Assembly: GCA_021789975.1 (NCBI GenBank)
Contig: JAJYIT010000020.1
Location: forward strand, 1,048-65,047
From: Bacteroidota bacterium
GTDB lineage: Bacteria > Bacteroidota > Ignavibacteria > Kryptoniales > JAKASW01
Length of the DNA: 64,000 nucleotides
Reading direction: 5' to 3'
Program-made: the position numbers and the translations under genes
Part shown: piece after piece, positions 59,427 to 64,000 of the stretch
How positions within the stretch are numbered: position 1 is the stretch's first letter
Layout of the letters: the number at the start of each line of letters is the position of its first letter
Notes under the pieces: generated by a model
Database searches by the model: none
Told to the model about the DNA's origin: nothing
What the model saw: the letters and a program-made list of their open reading frames with translations, nothing else

Positions 59427-59544
59427 TCCTTATGCCCTCCTATTTCCCATGCTCCCTACCTTCCGGTATATATCTCTCCGAGTCTCACCGTCGCCATATC
59501 CCCGAGTCCCACTTTCGCCCGGTCCCTCTCTCACAGTCTTTCAC

Positions 59545-60330
59545 TCAGAATCCCGCGGACACCTTCAAGTACATTCCTTCCGTTCCAGGAGTCCCATTCA
59601 GCGAAGTAGCAGCCGAGGCATTGATGGCAGATGTCAGCCGTGCGGCATCGATAGCACTTATGATGTGGTTCAGAAAAATAACCGCCAGCGTGTACCTGCC
59701 AATGTTCAGGTAGTTGTCAGCTTTTATCCTGAGATTCTTGAACTCTGCTCGATCGGCATCTGACTGCCACTGCCACTGGTATGTCGCTGCCTGGTATCTT
59801 AATGCTCCTGCATAGTCGCCGTTCTCTATGTGGAGAGCTTGGTAGTCTGCAGTATTCAGGAAATTCCCGACATCGACGAAATACTGACTGGGTTTACCCG
59901 CAACGTTCGCTCCTGCATAAATGCTGGCAAAGTTGATCGCATCGTTTCTCACCTGGTTTGAATACAAACCGACCGCTGTGTAGAATGCCCAGAGTGCCAC
60001 TTCCGAGATCGTGGAGTACTTGCCCACGTCATATCGGCCGGCGTACAGCTCACCGAGGCCGGGTACTGCAAGTGAGGCAAATGCGGCCAGTGCAGGGGAT
60101 TTCTTGTGAAATGCCGTGCTGCCGGATGAAATATCGTCGACTGGGACACCGAGAATTTTATCCCGCAGTTCAAGTGCCGTACTCGTATAGCAGCCGTTGG
60201 TGCTCACTTGAGCCGATGCCATACTGGCTTGAAAGGACAGCAAAGCTACAAGCATGAGGGAAAGAGCGGCCGGACCGTTCCTGTCACGTCTCCGAGTGTT
60301 TGACCCTCTTTCCTTGTCTTCGCCTTCCAT
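59545..60330 (-). CDS. Hypothetical exported/membrane protein (DUF5683-like PGLGxxY motif)
   Basis: The track ORF extends to 60402 (TTG). ATG 60330 gives a basic n-region plus LSLMLVALLSFQASMASAQ. Contains SLAVPGLGELYAGRY. No function assignable. Confidence 0.5.
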   Translation of the reverse strand: MEGEDKERGSNTRRRDRNGPAALSLMLVALLSFQASMASAQVSTNGCYTSTALELRDKILGVPVDDISSGSTAFHKKSPALAAFASLAVPGLGELYAGRYDVGKYSTISEVALWAFYTAVGLYSNQVRNDAINFASIYAGANVAGKPSQYFVDVGNFLNTADYQALHIENGDYAGALRYQAATYQWQWQSDADRAEFKNLRIKADNYLNIGRYTLAVIFLNHIISAIDAARLTSAINASAATSLNGTPGTEGMYLKVSAGF

Positions 60331-60403
60331 CCTCAAGTCTGTCACTGTTTGCTCCCGATTACTTTTTATTGATACTCTGTTCCTTCCGGGCTGTCGCGGC
60401 AAT

Positions 60404-61723
60404 CTATATTACCTGTCCGATAACCGTGCTATCGCTAACGCCGTTTATCAAAACATCCGTTACCTCGTTAAAACGTGCGGTGCCGGCATCCATTTCCACG
60501 CGGATGTAATTTGGAGAAAACCCGAACACTTTGCCGTTCTTCACCTCTTCTTCGACAAGCACACTCGCTATTTTACCGACGTGTCGCCGGTTGAACTCGT
60601 ATCTCTTTCTAAACGAAAGCATTCTCAATATCTCACTGCGCTTGCGTCTGACACGAGGATCGACATGACTCTGAAGACCTGCCGCAGGCGTACCATCTCT
60701 CTCAGAATAAGTGAAAACATGCAGGTATGTGACGGGAAGTCGTTCGATAAAAACGTAACTCTGCTCAAATGCCTCATTCGTCTCACCTGGGAAACCTACT
60801 ATAACGTCTGCACCGATCCCGGCGTCAGGGCAAACCTCGTGAATGTAGTTTATCGTATCCTGATACTGCTTTGTATTGTACCGTCTTCGCATCTTTCTTA
60901 GCAGTTCGTCGACACCGCTTTGGAGGGGAATGTGAAAATGGTTGCAGAACTTTCCCGAACCCAACACAAAATCTATCAGATCTTTCGTAAGTAAGTTCGG
61001 CTCGATTGAACTTACCCGCAGCCGGGAGATGCCCTCGACTTTTTCGAGCGACATGAGTAGGTCAAGGAGTGCGTGCCTGCCGTCGACAGAGAAATCACCG
61101 ACGTTTACGCCGCTCAGCACAATCTCTCTAAATCCACGGTCGGCAATTCTTTTTGCTTCTTCAACAAGCGAAGCGATTGATGGACTCCGGCTTTTTCCCC
61201 TGACGGATGGGATCGTGCAGTACGTGCAATTGAAATCGCAACCGTCCTGTATCTTAAGGAAGGCGCGCGTCCGGCTTCCCTCTGCAGCCGAGTCGGCGGC
61301 TCCGAACTCTACCGCTTCCTCTATCGGCCCGGCAAATACTCTGGCGTGATAGTTTGCTGCAAGGTCTCCGGAAGCCTTCGTAAATCCGTCGACATAGTCA
61401 AATAAATGGAATTTCTCACGCGAACCTAAAACCAGGCTCACTCCTTCTATCTGCGCTACTTCTTCGGGCTTCCCCTGAGCGTAACATCCTGTGACTATCA
61501 CATACGCGTCGGGTGAATTTCGCAAAGCCCGTCTCACAAATTGTCGACAGTCGCTGTCGGCACTCCTGGTGACCGTGCAGGTGTTGATAACGACAACATC
61601 AGCAGGGTCGGTAGCGCTGACGACGTCAAAGCCGCGTCTCCTGAACTCTTTCTCTATTTGAATGGTCTCGGCGTAGTTCAGCTTGCAACCGAGGCTCTCA
61701 AGTGCAACTCGTTTTTGGCCCAT
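60404..61723 (-). CDS. mtaB: Radical-SAM methylthiotransferase, MtaB-like (tRNA t6A37 methylthiolation)
   Basis: The N-terminal UPF0004 domain starts at RVALESLGCKLNYAE. Radical-SAM box CDFNCTYCTIP. C-terminal TRAM-like domain. ATG 61723 preferred over TTG 61810. The MtaB vs MiaB/RimO call is from the N-terminal pattern and length only. Confidence 0.75.
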   Translation of the reverse strand: MGQKRVALESLGCKLNYAETIQIEKEFRRRGFDVVSATDPADVVVINTCTVTRSADSDCRQFVRRALRNSPDAYVIVTGCYAQGKPEEVAQIEGVSLVLGSREKFHLFDYVDGFTKASGDLAANYHARVFAGPIEEAVEFGAADSAAEGSRTRAFLKIQDGCDFNCTYCTIPSVRGKSRSPSIASLVEEAKRIADRGFREIVLSGVNVGDFSVDGRHALLDLLMSLEKVEGISRLRVSSIEPNLLTKDLIDFVLGSGKFCNHFHIPLQSGVDELLRKMRRRYNTKQYQDTINYIHEVCPDAGIGADVIVGFPGETNEAFEQSYVFIERLPVTYLHVFTYSERDGTPAAGLQSHVDPRVRRKRSEILRMLSFRKRYEFNRRHVGKIASVLVEEEVKNGKVFGFSPNYIRVEMDAGTARFNEVTDVLINGVSDSTVIGQVI

Positions 61724-62005
61724 GGATTCAGTAGAGAATTTCAATTCGGAAGCAGTGAAAGTCAAGGCAGAGAGTTGCTTGAAACGTGATGCGAATGTGA
61801 GCAATTTCAAATGATATGATTGAGCTGGAAGTCTTCGGCTGGAATCCCTTCGGTAGAATCCAGAAACTGGATTCCAGCGAGTTTACCACGTGCCTGACAC
61901 GGGGCTGGCATGATCGAACGGTACCTCGACACTTGCTTCAAGAAGTCTTCACGCCTGAAACCATTGAAGAGAGAATGGATAGGTTAACCTAAGGGAAGAT
62001 ACTCC

Positions 62006-62284
62006 TTACTTCGAAGCAGAGCCCCTCAACAAATCTGAGTCGAATCTCTCGCCGATGGAGAAGGTTCTCTTCCCTTCAACCTTTCCGCCCTTCAGATTGA
62101 ATCGCTAAACATCTTTCTGTCCTGAATCGACGATCCAGTATTGCTTCACCCCGTAGGTGAAAATTATCCTTTCTTGAGGTATGCTCATTTCCCTTGGAAT
62201 TTTAGATGTGCTATTACCGCTTGTGGAAAAAGTCAAAGCCTGCCTCGCTTGGTACCCAAGTCTCGAAGTCCTCCCCTTCCTATA
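62006..62284 (-). pseudogene. Remnant of a Uma2-family (DUF820) endonuclease gene, C-terminal part only, with an in-frame TAG
   Basis: The minus-strand frame reads ...ALTFSTSGNSTSKIPREMSIPQERIIFTYGVKQYWIVDSGQKDV*RFNLKGGKVEGKRTFSIGERFDSDLLRGSASK*. GV.(E/Q)YWIVD followed by a beta-hairpin-like tail is the Uma2 C-terminal pattern (recalled from memory). Internal stop at 62105..62107. No N-terminal half is present. Confidence 0.35.
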
Positions 62285-62598
62285 TTATTATTCCACTGTT
62301 CCATCATTCCTTTCTTTCATTTTTGTGTTACCTATCCTACCCGCCTTAGTTACTTTACGGTAATTATTTCAGCCCCACGGAAAATTTTTCAGCACCTGTG
62401 GCGCAAAATCCCAGCATTTGCGCACGTTCTGCACCCTCGCGGGTATTCCATGTCCGGCATCACTCTTGCAACTATGTGTGCAGACAGGCTTGAAGTTCAC
62501 CGGCAAAGAGGCGGGTGGGAGACCTGACCGAGATATAAGACAAATTTGATCAAGGGCGGCAAACGTGTCTACTTTGTGAGATGAATTCGCGCATTAGC

Positions 62599-62627
62599 TT
62601 GACTTTCTTAATGTTTGCCGTTAAAAT
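62599..62627 (+). promoter_or_regulatory. Sigma70-type promoter TTGACT-17-TAAAAT for the pilin-like gene
   Basis: TTGACT at 62599..62604, a 17-nt spacer, and TAAAAT at 62622..62627. Predicts a leader of about 130 nt containing mutually exclusive hairpins (62657..62704). Confidence 0.5.
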
Positions 62628-62761
62628 TCGTTGAGCGTGCTAAGCAGGGCTTCGCGGAAGGTTTCCTTCTTCGGAGCGATGGCTCAGTTGAAGGAAACCT
62701 TCAACCCGGCTCTCAGCGCTAGTTTTCACCGAAGTCCCCAAAAAATCAAAAGGAGGATAAA

Positions 62762-63238
62762 ATGGGACAGCAACAACTTCTTCTTATCGTATTAGGCGTT
62801 ATAATCGTCGGCATCGCCATTGCAGTCGGGATATCGATGTTCAAGAGTAACGCGCAAAATTCCAACCGCGATGCGATCATAAACGATCTGAATAACTTTG
62901 CCGCGGAGGCGCAGCAGTACTTCCGTAAACCTGCGAGTATGGCGGGTGGCGGACAGAGCTTTGCGGGATTCAACCTTTATGGACAAGGCCTGAATGCGAA
63001 TGGCGTGTACCAGGTTTTGACAACGCCTCCTACCCTTTCACCTACTCAGTTGGATACTCTCGGAAAATTGATCGCATACGGCACCGATGCGGCAGGGTCA
63101 TCCACCGCGATGGCACAGGATACTGTTGTCTATATTCTCGGGCAGGGTACAGAGGTCGGTCGAGATGGGACGAGCAAAGTCGAAGCGTACATTATGGTAA
63201 CGCCTACTTTGCCTGGCGCTACTACTGTGCTTAACTAA
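62762..63238 (+). CDS. Small pilin-like protein (N-terminal hydrophobic helix, no canonical prepilin motif)
   Basis: 158 aa. Strong RBS AAAGGAGG. N-terminus MGQQQLLLIVLGVIIVGIAIAVGISMF, followed by the amphipathic NRDAIINDLNNFAAEAQQYF, resembles pilin/pseudopilin topology. It lacks the G-F/M-x-x-x-E signature. Confidence 0.55.
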   Translation: MGQQQLLLIVLGVIIVGIAIAVGISMFKSNAQNSNRDAIINDLNNFAAEAQQYFRKPASMAGGGQSFAGFNLYGQGLNANGVYQVLTTPPTLSPTQLDTLGKLIAYGTDAAGSSTAMAQDTVVYILGQGTEVGRDGTSKVEAYIMVTPTLPGATTVLN

Positions 63239-63258
63239 GAATCACGGAATTCTGATTT

Positions 63259-63301
63259 CTGGGGCAGTTGTTCTGAAAGGAGCTTCTGCCCAGTTCTTTT
63301 T
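63259..63301 (+). terminator. Rho-independent terminator after the pilin-like gene
   Basis: CTGGGGCAG pairs with CTGCCCAG (one bulged G) with an 18-nt loop, followed by TTCTTTTT. Confidence 0.6.
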
Positions 63302-63498
63302 AGAAGGCTGGTTCTTGATTGAGTTTACCGCGAGCCTGCCTGGCGGGCAGTCAGGCGAAGTCGAACGGTAACCTCCAAGTTTGCGCTCAGGAGTCGAACT
63401 CCTGAACATCAGTTCTTTGACATTGCTGTGTGTAAGAGAGTTTAGACTTTCTACCGGCAAGTTGGCATCTTTTCCATTGAATGGAAGTCAGAATCAAG

Positions 63499-63657
63499 AT
63501 GCCAAGTGTCAAAGAGAAGATGGTCGAAGCGATACAATCCCAGCCGGAAGATGCTTCTTACGAAGAGATCATGCGCGAGCTCGCAGATGAAACCTTATCA
63601 CGCTGCAAGGGAGTTGTACTCCCGATGGAACGAGGCAAATCCAATTCTCTTTCATGA
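63499..63657 (+). CDS. Small ORF (52 aa, below the track threshold) resembling orphan antitoxin-like proteins
   Basis: MPSVKEKMVEAIQSQPEDASYEEIMRELADETLSRCKGVVLPMERGKSNSLS. The ...LPEDASYEEIM.EL...ERGK.S pattern recalls small TA-associated proteins (from memory). No partner gene found. Confidence 0.3.
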   Translation: MPSVKEKMVEAIQSQPEDASYEEIMRELADETLSRCKGVVLPMERGKSNSLS

Positions 63658-64000
63658 AAACTCATTAGCTTGAATATCCCAAACTCCGGCTCACTTTCTG
63701 AGAGCGATTCGAAGTTGCGGATATACGCAAGACAGGTAATTTCGCAGAGATACTGGTTTTGCTGCGTTGATAGACACATCGAGGGCGCACAGCAAATTCT
63801 TGAAGTAGATAGACGACAGGTCCAATCGTCATGTTTTAGCTGATTTCCTTTTTGAAGAGTCAAGGGCAAAGAAGAAAGTGGTGAACCACATAATGGAGAG
63901 AGGGCAATGGAGATAAAGAAAAAGTACATTTACTGGTCCGAGGGTTCGCGATCGGAGCGTGAAATCGGATCAGCGCAAGACGGAAGAGTCCTGCTTGGCT

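Noticed and set aside
59272-60901. + strand ORFs 59272..59763, 59307..59609, 59958..60257 and 60254..60901.
   Set aside because: They are antisense to the four-helix-bundle gene, the 285-aa hypothetical gene and mtaB. Composition is S/P/R-rich with no motifs.
51021-62107. In-frame TAG codons in two reading frames (51021..51023 and 62105..62107), suggesting possible TAG reassignment.
   Set aside because: TAG cleanly terminates confident genes here (xylB at 9069..9071, pectinesterase at 11591..11593). The two interrupted frames are better explained as decayed remnants.
62141-62527. 128-aa + strand ORF in the mtaB to pilin-like spacer.
   Set aside because: TTG start, no RBS, and proline/phenylalanine-rich nonsense-like sequence. 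It overlaps the better-supported Uma2-like remnant on the opposite strand.
63387-63405. Hairpin TCAGGAG-TCGAA-CTCCTGA that superficially resembles a tRNA T-arm. It raised the idea of a tRNA gene, or of a tRNA 3' fragment marking an integration site.
   Set aside because: On neither strand does the loop fit the GTTCRANNC T-loop register. No complementary acceptor-stem 5' half or anticodon arm could be found within about 80 nt.
1-64000. I looked for CRISPR arrays, rRNA/tRNA genes, IS elements with terminal inverted repeats, integrases and prophage genes.
   Set aside because: By eye I found no regularly spaced direct repeats, no rRNA/tRNA signatures and no transposase, integrase or phage ORFs. 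tRNAscan-SE, Infernal and ISfinder searches would be the decisive checks.

Overview
The window holds a mostly co-directional (+ strand, about 5.1-48.3 kb) carbohydrate-utilisation supercluster, followed by housekeeping genes.

Gene order:
- A giant multi-PAS hybrid histidine kinase.
- An XylR-type regulator (frameshifted) followed by a galM-xylB-xylA xylose operon.
- A pectin/hexuronate locus: two CE8 pectinesterases, a GH43, a GH105 fusion, three GH28 enzymes, SGNH and alpha/beta esterases, and a TonB-dependent receptor with two unusual partner genes.
- The same locus also carries uxaC, a LacI-family regulator, eda, kdgK, exuT, a UxaE-like protein, and large beta-helix-like proteins of unknown function.
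- The right third: an OMP plus T9SS-cargo pair (- strand), gltBD, a mazEF-type toxin-antitoxin pair, truA, a four-helix-bundle (23S-IVS-type) protein, mtaB, a decayed ~950-bp region and a pilin-like small gene.

Five proteins end in a near-identical type IX secretion (T9SS) C-terminal sorting domain. By eye I see no rRNA, tRNA, CRISPR array or intact transposase.

TTGACA-17-TAnnnT promoters and GGAGG ribosome-binding sites, combined with T9SS cargo, suggest a non-Bacteroidia FCB-group organism. Ignavibacteriae-like is my guess, and it is inference only.

Most interesting observations:
1. A TBDR / FN3 + divergent-CTD protein / PorV-like barrel operon with no SusD.
2. An uncharacterised ~174-aa module present three times in T9SS cargo, once fused to a GH28.
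3. Three single-base homopolymer frameshifts. They are probably sequencing artefacts, but as written they break a regulator and detach a secretion signal.
4. A hexuronate route that appears to use a UxaE-type epimerase.
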